From Candidatus Brocadia sp. (lineage in GTDB: Bacteria; Planctomycetota; Brocadiia; Brocadiales; Brocadiaceae): 32,000 bases of DNA. Positions 14,154-23,447 of this stretch are shown here, piece by piece (within the stretch, counting starts at the first letter, position 1; each line of letters opens with the position of its first letter). The stretch lies in NCBI GenBank assembly GCA_021650915.1, contig CP091279.1, positions 1,080,001 to 1,112,000 of the forward strand. The letters run 5' to 3'. The notes under the pieces are model-generated. The model saw only the letters and a list, made by a program, of their open reading frames with translations, searched no databases and was not told where the DNA came from. Made by a program: the position numbers and the translations under genes.

Positions 14154-16157
14154 TTACGGTAATTTAACATTATAGTCCAACTTCATCGCAGTATCTCCGG
14201 CATCCTTGTCAATCTTAATTGGCAGACGCCAGGCGACCGCATCAATGAAACACGCCCCCATGTTGTCCTCTCTGCAATAGTAGAAGCTCGTGGATATTTT
14301 TACATCGGCGCTTTGTACATCAGCGCCTGTCTTAAAGGATACCCTTACCGGAAGTGCGGGTTTTTCGAGATTCACGTCCTGATTCCCCTGCTCGATCTGA
14401 ATACCGCTGCCCGTCTCAACACGATATATCAGGAGGGCATCGGGGTTCAGGTGATAGCCCTTGGGAAGGTTGATATTGATCGTCAACTGGATGATTGCAT
14501 CAGCTTTCAAGATCTTTAAAGGCACATCCACAAACTTTGCAAACGAGGGGATTGCAGTCCCTGCAACCTCTTTTGCAATCGCTGGTTTCAGCCCTTTCAG
14601 CTTTAAAGTATGTACCTCCTTCGTTTTCATGTCCACAATACGGATAGCGTGGTTGTTTGTATCGGCAACATACATCGTATTGCCGGCAACACTGAGACCT
14701 CCCGGTTCATAGAATTGAGGATCCTTGCCGTCTGCATGCCCCGGTTTCCCGCTACCGGCAAACGTTCTGCACGTTTTGTCCAGAGGATTTAAAACCTTGA
14801 TCTTATGATTATAGGTATCCGCTATATAGATAAGGCCGTTGTGATTAAAGACGCCAAGCGGATGTTGTAAACGCACCTCGTCTCCCTGTCCATCTACATC
14901 TCCAAAGACAAAGAGGTCCTTCCCTACTACCGTCTTTACCTCCTTCCTTTCAAGGTCTGCGTAACGGACAGAGCTGACCTCACTGTCTGCAAAATAGAGT
15001 TTTGTGCCGGAGATCGTTATCCCGCTGGGCTGAGCCAGGGCGGCCTTATCGAACGCACCGTCAATGCGTCCCTCCTTACCGCTGCCGGCAAAGGGCTGGA
15101 AAACGGTGGTCTCCAGATCCATTACCCAAATCTGGTGTGCGCCGGCCATGGCGATGTAGAGTTGCCCTTCTAAATGCACCAGGTCCCAGGGTGAATTCAG
15201 GGGCGATACTGTTCCCATGCCTCCGGACTCCATAAAGCCCGCCTGTTTGCCAGTGCCAGCAATGGTTTTCACGGTCTTTGTCTTTAAATCCAATTTACGA
15301 ATGAGATGGTTCTCCGTATCTGCCACATATAAGGTATCACCCTGGAGCGCCATTCCTTGTGGATGATGAAAGCTGGCGTCCGCAAATGCACCATCGTGTC
15401 TGCCTGCTTTACCATTGCCGGCAATGGCCAGTGTCCCTCCTTCCTGATTGGTTATCACAATTCGGTTATGATTGGAGTCAGCAATAAATATCCGATCCGA
15501 CCTCTCGTCGGCAAGTACCTTTCCGGGAAAAGAAAGGAGACTGCGACCGAGTTTGTATTTCTCTAAAGAGATGGGTATAGGGGTTTCATTGATGAGATTT
15601 TTCGAACGATAATCGGAGATCATCTGACCAATGAGTTTGTCGAGAATCTCGTAATGGCCTTCACCGGTATCCGATCCTACCACGTATCCGTCAGGGTCGA
15701 TCAGGACGAGCGTAGGCCATGCCCTGGCGCCGTAGGCCTCCCAGATAGCGAAATTGCTGTCATTAACCACCGGGTGCTCAATCTCGTACCGGAGGATGGC
15801 CTGCCGGATATTATCGGCGTCCCGTTCATTTTCAAATTTTGCCGAATGCACGCCGATAACCACGAGTTCGTTTGGATATTTTGCCTCCAGCTTTTTCAGG
15901 TCGGGAATGATGTGCATGCAATTAATGCAGCAATAGGTCCAAAAATCGAGCAGCACAACTTTCCCTTTTAGTTCAGCCAGGGTCAGGGGTTTTGAAACAT
16001 TGAGCCAGGCCGTGCCACCCGTTAATTCAGCGGCCGGAGTCTTTTTTTTCTGCGCCGATGTCACGGGCATTTCTCCATAGGAAAAGAGGAAGAGCGTCAA
16101 AATAAGAAAGAGTGACGTTCGGGGTAAGCGTCCGACAAATGATCGTATCTGTTTCAT
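14154..16157 (-). CDS. Secreted thioredoxin-like (TlpA/redoxin, CxxC) domain fused to an NHL-repeat beta-propeller (NHLRC2-like)
   Basis: I chose the start at MKQIRSFVGRLPRTSLFLILTLFLFSYG (signal-peptide-like, AAGGA upstream) rather than the ORF-track start at 16274. The thioredoxin motif is LLDFWTYCCINCMH. NHL-type repeats recur (FHHPQGMAL..LYVADTENHLIRK, LNSPWDL, LAQPSGI, LQHPLGV..IYIADTYNHKIKV, FYEPGGL..MYVADTNNHAIRI). Confidence 0.88.
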   Translation of the reverse strand: MKQIRSFVGRLPRTSLFLILTLFLFSYGEMPVTSAQKKKTPAAELTGGTAWLNVSKPLTLAELKGKVVLLDFWTYCCINCMHIIPDLKKLEAKYPNELVVIGVHSAKFENERDADNIRQAILRYEIEHPVVNDSNFAIWEAYGARAWPTLVLIDPDGYVVGSDTGEGHYEILDKLIGQMISDYRSKNLINETPIPISLEKYKLGRSLLSFPGKVLADERSDRIFIADSNHNRIVITNQEGGTLAIAGNGKAGRHDGAFADASFHHPQGMALQGDTLYVADTENHLIRKLDLKTKTVKTIAGTGKQAGFMESGGMGTVSPLNSPWDLVHLEGQLYIAMAGAHQIWVMDLETTVFQPFAGSGKEGRIDGAFDKAALAQPSGITISGTKLYFADSEVSSVRYADLERKEVKTVVGKDLFVFGDVDGQGDEVRLQHPLGVFNHNGLIYIADTYNHKIKVLNPLDKTCRTFAGSGKPGHADGKDPQFYEPGGLSVAGNTMYVADTNNHAIRIVDMKTKEVHTLKLKGLKPAIAKEVAGTAIPSFAKFVDVPLKILKADAIIQLTININLPKGYHLNPDALLIYRVETGSGIQIEQGNQDVNLEKPALPVRVSFKTGADVQSADVKISTSFYYCREDNMGACFIDAVAWRLPIKIDKDAGDTAMKLDYNVKLP

Positions 16158-16664
16158 AGTTATTTGGTATCCTTTTTTCGTTTGAAAAGATATTTCCCAT
16201 AAAAGAGAAAGGCAACCACGATTAATGATATCACACTCAAAATGAAATAGATGACTTCCATCGCTTCGCTCCATTCTTAACTGAAAACATCATTTCAATC
16301 CCTGAATATCCTTTAAGTATTGTTTCGATTCTATCAGCCCTTCGCAGGCTATCAAGGAAATTTTATCATTGCAGAGCTGCCGGTATTGTTTTATTATTCT
16401 GGAATGAGCGTGTAAAGGTTATCGTTAGGGTTCACTTTATTTAGAGAAATTTGCGGCAGCGTGGGTTAAGTCTGTCCTGGATTTTGCGAAGGGCGAAGCA
16501 AAACCGTCATCGATAAATACGGTGGTGCAGACCTCCCTGTAGGCTTTGTTGTGAGATCAGTCGAACGATGCGACGAAAAACCAGTGCCTGAACCCGTCTT
16601 GATAACGTGATGCTTTCAGCACGAAGGCCATTTCCTGTACCTCTAAAATGCGAAATTCGTCTCC

Positions 16665-19199
16665 ATGAAACTGATCAGAAAGGCGCTTCTTTACTCAGTC
16701 GTGGCTGCATTCATTGGTGTTTTTCTGGCGAGTATCGCGTATGTATGCGTTCCCATCTTTCTTGAAAAAATCCTGCTTCCCCGCCTTGTCAAAAGTATCG
16801 GATTTGCCAATTCAACCGGCGAGGTGCGCAAATTCGGCCTGACCAGACTCGATATGGCCTCCCTGCGGTGGGGAGAACTCAAAAATCCTTTTCTCTTGCT
16901 GGACTCAGTACGAGTCGATTATTCATTACCTGGTTTATTGAAAAAGCATATTAAAAAGATCATTGTCAGTGGCGTTGAAATCAGGGCTGAATATAAAGAT
17001 GGCTCTTTCGTGTTTCCCGGAGTAGATTTTGGAAATATTTTTCAAAGCCCCGCAGAGACAAAATCAGAAAATCCGGACGTTTCGTACCAGGAATGGTTAC
17101 CGATCAGTTTTGATGAATTTGAAATCCGGAATGCCACGATGATACTAACTTCGGGCAATACCGATTTTAGAATTCCCTTCAGTATAAAGGCAATGCCTAT
17201 TCCGGGAGATAAAAAATATAACCTTACAGGTTATACGATGCAAGCAGAGATAAATATGAATTTCAATGACTCACAAACGGCGCTCAATGCCGCTTCACGG
17301 GCAGACATTCATTCAACCGTAAATTTTCAATCGAACGAAATAAGCATGAGATTTACCTTCCCTGACCTGAATCTGACATACCAGGGATACCAACTCCGGA
17401 ACTCTCCCGGCAATACGCCACTAAGTATAGAAATGCGAAAGAAACAGGATGCTCTCCATGTCAACTTCTCCCGTTTTTGTATTCCCTCCCCTTTTCCCGT
17501 TGAAATTTCTATGGATAGGAATACTGATTGGCGCATTCGTTTTACGCAGAAAGGAATGGATGCACAAGGCGTGTTATACATAAATTTCCAGAATGAAATC
17601 CCGGATGCTGCCTCTGATTTTGGATTAAAAATTTCTGACCCCGAATTGATACCCATAAAGTTTCGGGGACAGAAACAGGGAAATACCTGGAATTTTTCGT
17701 TAAATTCTTTACGATTAAAAAAGCCACTCAAATTTCTCAGACAAAGAGAATCAATCAGTCTTTATCCTGAACGATTTTCCTGCAGGGGAAAAGGATCGGC
17801 ATCACAGGGGGGTGTGCGATTCGCGCTGAAGATGTCTGATATTGCTTATGATTCGGACGCCCTTCAGATGAGCAGTCCCAATATGCTGATATATGGTAAT
17901 ACGAGAATACAAAGTTCACGCAGTCCTCTCATTAAGGCCTTTATGAAATTAACCGATGCCGAAGTCAAAAGCGGAGGATTCTCCGCAGAAAAAATAGATG
18001 CGGAGATGCCCTTTCAATGGCCGTACCCTTCTGACGAAAAGGATTTGGCTGAGTCTAACGACAAAGAAAAACGGTACTTTACTATTGATAGGGTAAAATA
18101 TTATGATATGGACATTGGAACCATTGCTTCTACACTTTATCAGGATGGGATGGGCATTCGTTTTACCGGACAATACGCTGAGGTACTCCCAAGTTTTCAC
18201 CTTGATTTCTCAGGAAGAGCCGGAATAACCGATGCTGGTGATTTTGTAACAAACATTGATTTCCAAACGCCTGAGCCAGAGGTGATTACAAAAATCGACC
18301 TGGGAAAGTTTTCATCCCAATTGACAAATATCTATTTTGATGGCAATATCGGCATGAGCGGCAGTTGCCAGGTAACCGGCAGCACGGTAACCAGCAATGC
18401 GGTATTATCAACGCATAATGCAAAGATAGAGATCCCCGGAAAACAGATGGCGCTTGAGGGTATTGATCTGGATCTGAAGCTGCGGGATCTTTACCAATTT
18501 TACAGCGCACCCGACCAGGTGTTGAAATTTAAACGGTTTGCCTGGGGAGATATAGAGCTAAACGAAGGAGAGGTTTTGTTTCAAATAGAATCGTTATCAT
18601 CCTTTTTCCTGAAAAAAAGCAGTTTTTCCTGGTGTGGCGGCCACGTGTATACCCATGGCTCACAAATTACCTCCGGTAAAAGGGAGATTGACATTATTTG
18701 TTATTGTGATCGTCTTAAACTTGCAACCCTGTTAAAACAGTTTAACGCTGCAAGCGCTGAAGGTGGCGGTGAAATGAATGGACGCATCCCTATAAATTAC
18801 AAGGATGGGAAACTAAAAATCCATGACGGTTTCCTCTATTCTACTCCCGGCGAAGGAGGCACGATACGTTTTCACACGGACACCCTCATACCAGGAGCAT
18901 CAGGCGTTCAGCAGAGCATTCAAATGCAAATTGCCCAGGAGGCGCTGAAAAATTTTACCTATGACTGGGCAAGGCTTTCATTAATGAGCCAAGATGAGGA
19001 TCTTGTGATTCGTATGCAGATGGACGGAAGGCCTGCCGGGCCACTGCCTTTTGGTTATAGCAAAAATGCCGGTCTCGTAAAAATAGAACAACCACGCGCC
19101 TCTTTCCAGGGGATACTTTTTCATATTAATTTTAAACTGCCACTTGATAAGATGCTCTATTATGGTTCCGGCTTCAGTGGGTTTTTACAAAATAAATAA
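16665..19199 (+). CDS. ydbH: YdbH-family (AsmA-like, dicarboxylate-transport-domain) envelope protein
   Basis: 844 aa with an N-terminal TM helix (LLYSVVAAFIGVFLASIAYVCVPIF). The C-terminal YdbH-type region is GGEMNGRIPINYKDGKLKIHDGFLYSTPGEGGTIRF...ALKNFTYDWARLSL. ynbE- and ydbL-like genes follow, as in the E. coli ydbH-ynbE-ydbL operon. Confidence 0.8.
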   Translation: MKLIRKALLYSVVAAFIGVFLASIAYVCVPIFLEKILLPRLVKSIGFANSTGEVRKFGLTRLDMASLRWGELKNPFLLLDSVRVDYSLPGLLKKHIKKIIVSGVEIRAEYKDGSFVFPGVDFGNIFQSPAETKSENPDVSYQEWLPISFDEFEIRNATMILTSGNTDFRIPFSIKAMPIPGDKKYNLTGYTMQAEINMNFNDSQTALNAASRADIHSTVNFQSNEISMRFTFPDLNLTYQGYQLRNSPGNTPLSIEMRKKQDALHVNFSRFCIPSPFPVEISMDRNTDWRIRFTQKGMDAQGVLYINFQNEIPDAASDFGLKISDPELIPIKFRGQKQGNTWNFSLNSLRLKKPLKFLRQRESISLYPERFSCRGKGSASQGGVRFALKMSDIAYDSDALQMSSPNMLIYGNTRIQSSRSPLIKAFMKLTDAEVKSGGFSAEKIDAEMPFQWPYPSDEKDLAESNDKEKRYFTIDRVKYYDMDIGTIASTLYQDGMGIRFTGQYAEVLPSFHLDFSGRAGITDAGDFVTNIDFQTPEPEVITKIDLGKFSSQLTNIYFDGNIGMSGSCQVTGSTVTSNAVLSTHNAKIEIPGKQMALEGIDLDLKLRDLYQFYSAPDQVLKFKRFAWGDIELNEGEVLFQIESLSSFFLKKSSFSWCGGHVYTHGSQITSGKREIDIICYCDRLKLATLLKQFNAASAEGGGEMNGRIPINYKDGKLKIHDGFLYSTPGEGGTIRFHTDTLIPGASGVQQSIQMQIAQEALKNFTYDWARLSLMSQDEDLVIRMQMDGRPAGPLPFGYSKNAGLVKIEQPRASFQGILFHINFKLPLDKMLYYGSGFSGFLQNK

Positions 19200-19270
19200 T
19201 TCCTAAAAAAACGTACCACAAAAATTCGTTATGAAATTGGATTATTTCAAAAAAAAATAAGGAGGATCAG

Positions 19271-19507
19271 ATGAAACGAGCGTTCGTAGTGTCTTGCATG
19301 GTGTTTTTTGTGTATTCTCTGGGATGCAAAACGGAACACAAGGTGGAAGTGGAAGTAAAGCCCATGCAAATTACGATAGATGTTAATATCCGGATAGACC
19401 GTCAATTGGAAGATTTCTTTGGCAACCTGGATGAGGCCGCAAAAAGTATCAGCAGTGGCACATCTGACGCTGGAAAAACGGAAGAGTCAAATAAACCTGC
19501 TCAATAA
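19271..19507 (+). CDS. ynbE: YnbE-family small lipoprotein
   Basis: 78 aa. A GGAGGA RBS precedes it. The lipobox is YSLGC. The YnbE-like core is VEVKPMQITIDVNIRIDRQLEDFF. Confidence 0.8.
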   Translation: MKRAFVVSCMVFFVYSLGCKTEHKVEVEVKPMQITIDVNIRIDRQLEDFFGNLDEAAKSISSGTSDAGKTEESNKPAQ

Positions 19508-19553
19508 AGGAAGATTGTATCTTGTATATAGCCATACTATAAAGGAGATGAAC

Positions 19554-19934
19554 ATGAAAACAAAGAGGAGTATGTCTTTTTTTATTATTACCGTTATCGG
19601 GATCATTCTTGCAAGCGCTCCCTCTCGTGCCCAGGATATAAATGCAATAAAGGTGCAAATGGAAAAGCGACTCCCGCATATTGTTGAGTTAAAGTCGAAG
19701 GGGATTGTCGGGGAGGATAAAATGGGGTATCTGCAGTTTGTCGGTGGAAAGCGGGAGAATGATGATGTTGTTCAGGCAGAAAATCAGGATAGAAAAAAGG
19801 TTTATGAAGCAATTGCCCAAAAAGAAGGAGCGACCGTAGAGCAAGTGGGTCAGCGCAGGGCGCTACAGATCGCTGCTAAGGCAAAGAAGGGTGAATGGTT
19901 GCAGGATCAAAATGGGAAATGGTACCAAAAATAG
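19554..19934 (+). CDS. ydbL: YdbL-family (DUF1318) periplasmic protein
   Basis: I chose the start at ATG 19554, 6 nt after AAGGAG, which gives MKTKRSMSFFIITVIGIILASAPSRAQ (signal peptide). The DUF1318-type core is LKSKGIVGEDKMGYL...VVQAENQDRKKVYEAIAQKEG. The ORF-track start at 19419 overlaps ynbE and is unlikely. Confidence 0.82.
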   Translation: MKTKRSMSFFIITVIGIILASAPSRAQDINAIKVQMEKRLPHIVELKSKGIVGEDKMGYLQFVGGKRENDDVVQAENQDRKKVYEAIAQKEGATVEQVGQRRALQIAAKAKKGEWLQDQNGKWYQK

Positions 19935-20030
19935 TGGTCATTGCAAAAGGTCGGCACACATAAACCTCTTTCAAGGTTTAATCACCAGGGCCGTGCGGGA
20001 AAAAATGAAATGTCTGGGAGGCCAATAGAA

Positions 20031-20067
20031 TTAACCCTGTCAGGATTTAAAATCCTGACAGGGTTAA
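20031..20067. repeat. 37-nt near-perfect palindrome (18-nt arms, 1-nt spacer) downstream of ydbL; possible terminator or protein-binding site
   Basis: Sequence TTAACCCTGTCAGGATTT-A-AAATCCTGACAGGGTTAA. It lies ~95 nt after the ydbL stop. No U-tract follows (CTTCCTATTG). Confidence 0.6.
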
Positions 20068-20535
20068 CTTCCTATTGTATGCATCTGACCTTTGTCTTTC
20101 ACAGCTCATCCAGGGCATGCATTGCTTAACCTTCGATAAGATAAAGAGAAGGACGAAAAAGAGGCATTAGCATTTCTGAGGAATGTTGAAGAATTTAAAA
20201 AAATTGATGAGAAAATATGGAGATAAATAATCGTTATAGTCTGCAAGCCTTGATCTGTGCGTTTTAGAACGAGAAATGATATAGCGATTATTTTTGCAAT
20301 TAAGCACCAGGATACAAAAAAGAAAAAATTCCAAAAAAACTCGAAGCATTAAACAAACAATCCGTTGTCGAATAATGAAGGTTTGACACTGACCCTCCTT
20401 TCCTGGAGAGAAAACGATTACGGGAAAAACTGAAAGGGCGACAAGCATTTTTCTCGGATTACCAAAAGAGTTGCAGTTGACTTGTAAGCAATAAAGACTT
20501 GCCCCCTTTTGATTCGTCTCGAATTGTGGATTTGT

Positions 20536-20847
20536 ATGGAGGAAATACTGGTGACGTTAGAAGAGATTAAGAAGGTTGCAATTCCAGCTTGTAGGGAGTT
20601 TAATGTTAAAAAATTGGATATCTTTGGATCACTTGCGCGCGGAGAAGTGACTTCCGGGAGCGATGTAGATTTGCTCGTTGAATTTGAGAACCCCGCTTTG
20701 AATCCTGCAAAAAGGTACTTTGGACTGCTGCATCGGCTTGAGGATACTTTGCATTGTGAAGTTGACCTGCTTACAATCAATGGGCTAAGGAATCCCTATT
20801 TTCACAGCCATGTATTAAAGGAAAAGATTACCATCTATGAGGGATGA
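20536..20847 (+). CDS. mntA: MNT-type nucleotidyltransferase (antitoxin of an MNT/HEPN pair)
   Basis: The motif is LDIFGSLARGEVTSGSDVDLLVEF (GS-x9-11-DxD). I chose the start at MEEILVTLEEIKK. The stop overlaps the HEPN gene start by 11 nt. Confidence 0.85.
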   Translation: MEEILVTLEEIKKVAIPACREFNVKKLDIFGSLARGEVTSGSDVDLLVEFENPALNPAKRYFGLLHRLEDTLHCEVDLLTINGLRNPYFHSHVLKEKITIYEG

Positions 20848-21193
20848 AATCATAAAGTATCTCTTTGACATCAAAGAAGCATCTTTAGCTATTTTCCAAT
20901 TTGTGCACGGGAAGAAGTTTGAAGATTACGAACAGGACGAATTACTTCGGAGTGGCGTCGAGAGAAAGTTTGAGATCATTGGAGAAGCGCTGAACAGGAT
21001 CAAAAATGAAGATGCTGCTGTACTCGATAAGATAAGAGATTATCGCAACATTGTATCTTTCAGGAACATTCTCGCACATGGTTACGATACCGTTGACGAC
21101 AGAATCGTATGAGGAATCATTGAAGAGAACTTGGGTAATTTGCTCGAAGATATCAAGAGATTGAGTGAGCAGCAAGAATTAACCCTGAACTAA
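20837..21193 (+). pseudogene. hepT: HEPN/DUF86 (HepT-type) toxin gene with an in-frame TGA at 21110-21112
   Basis: The RX4HXY motif is FRNILAHGYDTVDDRIV, followed by TGA. The same frame then continues GIIEENLGNLLEDIKRLSEQQELTLN to TAA at 21191-21193. In DUF86 proteins a Trp follows this segment (..vd.e.vW.ii...lp.L). Confidence 0.75.
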
Positions 21194-21268
21194 TCAAAAT
21201 AAAAATTTAAGTGATAAGAGTGTAACTTTTAAAATGCACTTTCAGTCTTCCCAGAATTCTCGTGCTGA

Positions 21269-21427
21269 TATATTGAGGCGTTCGAAGAGTTTCGATGTCA
21301 TGAGAGAACCAGGAGACCACTTGGCACTGATAGTTTTATAGCCAAGCTTGAAAATGTCCCTGGAAGAATGCTCAATAAGCTGAAACCAGGCCCAAAGGTG
21401 CTTCGAAAGAAAAATAAGAATCTCTGA
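21269..21427 (+). pseudogene. C-terminal remnant of a Y1/IS200-like (RAYT-type) transposase-like gene
   Basis: The open frame YIEAFEEFRCHERTRRPLGTDSFIAKLENVPGRMLNKLKPGPKVLRKKNKNL* has no start codon. The tail pattern tgRPlGs..Fi.klE...gR.l...kpGpK is one I recall from that family. No upstream catalytic part is present. Confidence 0.4.
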
Positions 21428-21940
21428 AATTAAGTATGGTGTCCGTACGCAGTAACATTTGTTTATTCTTACGGGTTAAAGTCCCGTCCGGGGAATTATC
21501 CGTTCACCCCGGTAGTTCAAGGGAGCGGCGTCTGAGCAATCAGGGGTCGTAAGTTCCCAATTGGCAAAACCGCAGGCCGCAGCGCAAGCGAACCTACAAG
21601 TAGCCTCGTCAATACAAATTGAAGATGCCGACCCCGTGGACACGTGGGGAAGGCCGAAGATTGCAGACTCAGGCAACGGAAGGAGTCTGTAATATCTTCC
21701 GGGGTAGCAGGGGCGGTATGCAGTGGAAGATAAACAGACCAGTGCTGGAGACCCTATGCAGTAATGTTTGAGGGGCATAAACCGCTCTGTATAAGGAAAC
21801 GAAATCACAGCGGGCTGTATAGGGAGTCGGAGGGGTTCATGATACCGTTTGAGGACAAGGGACAACAAAACCCTGTTCGAGGAAAGGAACCCTGCTTTGT
21901 TCATGCAACCGAAGAGTAGAGGAAAAGGGAGATTGCAGAA

Positions 21941-23257
21941 ATGCTAACAACCCCGGAAAAGATCAGGATACTACAGAGGAAGCTATACCGAAAGGCCAAG
22001 CAAGAACCAACCTACCGCTTCTACGCCCTCTATGACAAGGTATTCCGGGCAGACATCCTCAGTCATGCTTACACCCTTGTCCGTGCCAACAAAGGGAGCG
22101 CCGGGATAGACGGCGTAACCTTCGAGGCCATCGAGGAAAGAGAAGGGGTATCCGCCTTTCTGGCGGAACTGCAAGAAGCACTCAGGAGCAAGACCTATCA
22201 AGCAAGCCCTGTAAAACGAGTAATGATACCCAAGACGGACGGAACGGAACGCCCGTTAGGCATTCCCACCATCCGTGACAGGGTAGCGCAGATGGCCGTA
22301 AAACTGGTCATAGAACCCATTTTTGAAGCCGATTTCTGCGAATGTTCATACGGGTTCAGGCCGAAGAAATCTGCCCACGATGCCGTAGATGACGTAGCAT
22401 ATACCCTCAACAAGGGATATACCGAAATCATAGACGCCGACCTGTCCAAATACTTTGACACCATCCCCCATGCCAAGCTTATGGCTGTGGTAGCAGAGCG
22501 CATCAGTGACGGTGAGATACTGCACCTGATAAAGACGTGGCTCAAGGCTCCGGTCATAGAAAAAGGCAGAGACGGAAAACAAAGGAACATCGGCGGAGGT
22601 AAAGGGAACCGGAAAGGCACACCTCAAGGAGGAGTAATCTCACCGTTACTAGCCAATCTCTACCTGCACCTCCTGGACAGGATATGGGAGAGACATCGAC
22701 TGGAGAAGAAACTCGGAGCCAGATTAGTACGCTTTGCCGATGACTTTGTCGTACTGTGCAGGCAAGGAACTGAACAGCCAATGGCGATAACAAAGCGGGT
22801 GCTGGACAAACTGGGACTGACGTTAAACGAGGCAAAGAGCCGTGTAGTAGACGCCATGAAAGAGGGATTTACCTTTCTTGGGTTTGAACTTCAAAAGAGG
22901 AAGAATTGGCGCACGGGGAAGAGTTATCCCCATGTTCAGCCGTCGAAGAAATCTCTCAAGAAGATAAAAGACCACATTACGGCACTTACCAGCAGGAACA
23001 GGTCCCCTCTACCGTTTGAAGCGATAGTCAAAGAGGTGAATACGGCACTGATAGGATGGACAGGATACTTCCATTATCGCAATTGCAGCAGAGTCCTCAA
23101 GCAAGTAAGAGAACACGCTCAATTCCGGCTTCGGATACACCTGTACAGACGTCATAAAATCAGAGACAGGAAGACAGGGCTTAAGCGATACACAAACAGC
23201 ATGTTATATGAGAGATATGGTCTTTACAAAGTGCCGACCACAGCGGTATGGAGATAG
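21941..23257 (+). CDS. Group II intron reverse transcriptase/maturase (no En domain)
   Basis: 438 aa. Motifs are RPLGIPTIRDRVAQMA, YGFRPKKSAHDA, DADLSKYFDTIPH, GTPQGGVISPLLANLYL and VRFADDFVV (FADD variant). The maturase X region is ALIGWTGYFHYRN. Confidence 0.95.
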   Translation: MLTTPEKIRILQRKLYRKAKQEPTYRFYALYDKVFRADILSHAYTLVRANKGSAGIDGVTFEAIEEREGVSAFLAELQEALRSKTYQASPVKRVMIPKTDGTERPLGIPTIRDRVAQMAVKLVIEPIFEADFCECSYGFRPKKSAHDAVDDVAYTLNKGYTEIIDADLSKYFDTIPHAKLMAVVAERISDGEILHLIKTWLKAPVIEKGRDGKQRNIGGGKGNRKGTPQGGVISPLLANLYLHLLDRIWERHRLEKKLGARLVRFADDFVVLCRQGTEQPMAITKRVLDKLGLTLNEAKSRVVDAMKEGFTFLGFELQKRKNWRTGKSYPHVQPSKKSLKKIKDHITALTSRNRSPLPFEAIVKEVNTALIGWTGYFHYRNCSRVLKQVREHAQFRLRIHLYRRHKIRDRKTGLKRYTNSMLYERYGLYKVPTTAVWR

Positions 23258-23285
23258 CGCATGCCTTATGGTGAAGGGCATCGGA

Positions 23286-23318
23286 AAGCCGTGTGCGGGA
23301 AAACCGCAAGCACGGTTT
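23286..23318 (+). ncRNA. Group II intron domain V (catalytic hairpin) of intron 2
   Basis: AAGCCGUGU-GCGG-GAAAA-CCGC-AA-GCACGGUUU. It has a 9-bp lower stem with the AGC triad, a 2-nt AA bulge, a 4-bp upper stem and a GAAA-type loop. I paired it by hand. Confidence 0.85.
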
Positions 23319-23447
23319 GATGAGGGAGGACTGGCGAAATAGCATGGTGAGGCTACTGAGGCACTGCCAGACGAAAGGGGCAGAAACAGATAGGCCAACC
23401 TAAACTATAGATAGCCAGTTCCCTACTCTACCCGAAATTGCCATGAG

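Larger units (their letters stand above)
21439..23431 (+). mobile_element. Group II intron 2 (~1.9-2.0 kb) with no interrupted host gene recognised. Both ends are approximate, and the 3' end could lie anywhere in ~23357-23431.
   Basis: An RT/maturase ORF is flanked by ~500 nt of upstream structured RNA. A canonical domain V lies at 23286-23318. The candidate 5' end is GTGTCCG at 21439. Candidate 3' ends are ..GGCTAC (23356), ..CCCTAC (23426) and ..TCTAC (23431). Confidence 0.8.

Noticed and set aside
16158-16274. 39-codon N-terminal extension of the thioredoxin-NHL ORF (MERSDGSHLF...)
   Set aside because: The internal Met at 16157 is followed by a typical signal peptide and preceded by AAGGA. 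The extension has no such features.
16275-16664. Divergent intergenic region between the NHL gene and ydbH as a riboswitch, sRNA or promoter feature
   Set aside because: I could not identify a convincing -35/-10 pair, a conserved structure or a repeat by eye, so nothing here is supportable.
19419-19553. Upstream start for ydbL that gives a 171-aa product
   Set aside because: It would overlap ynbE by ~90 nt in another frame. ATG 19554 has an AAGGAG RBS and yields a normal signal peptide.
19941-20129. 62-aa ORF downstream of ydbL
   Set aside because: It reads straight through the 37-nt palindrome. It has no RBS and no motif, so it is likely non-coding.
20140-20226. 28-codon open frame with protein-like sequence (..EKEALAFLRNVEEFKKIDEKIWR*)
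   Set aside because: It has no start codon and is preceded by an in-frame TAA. It is too short to call, even as a pseudogene remnant.
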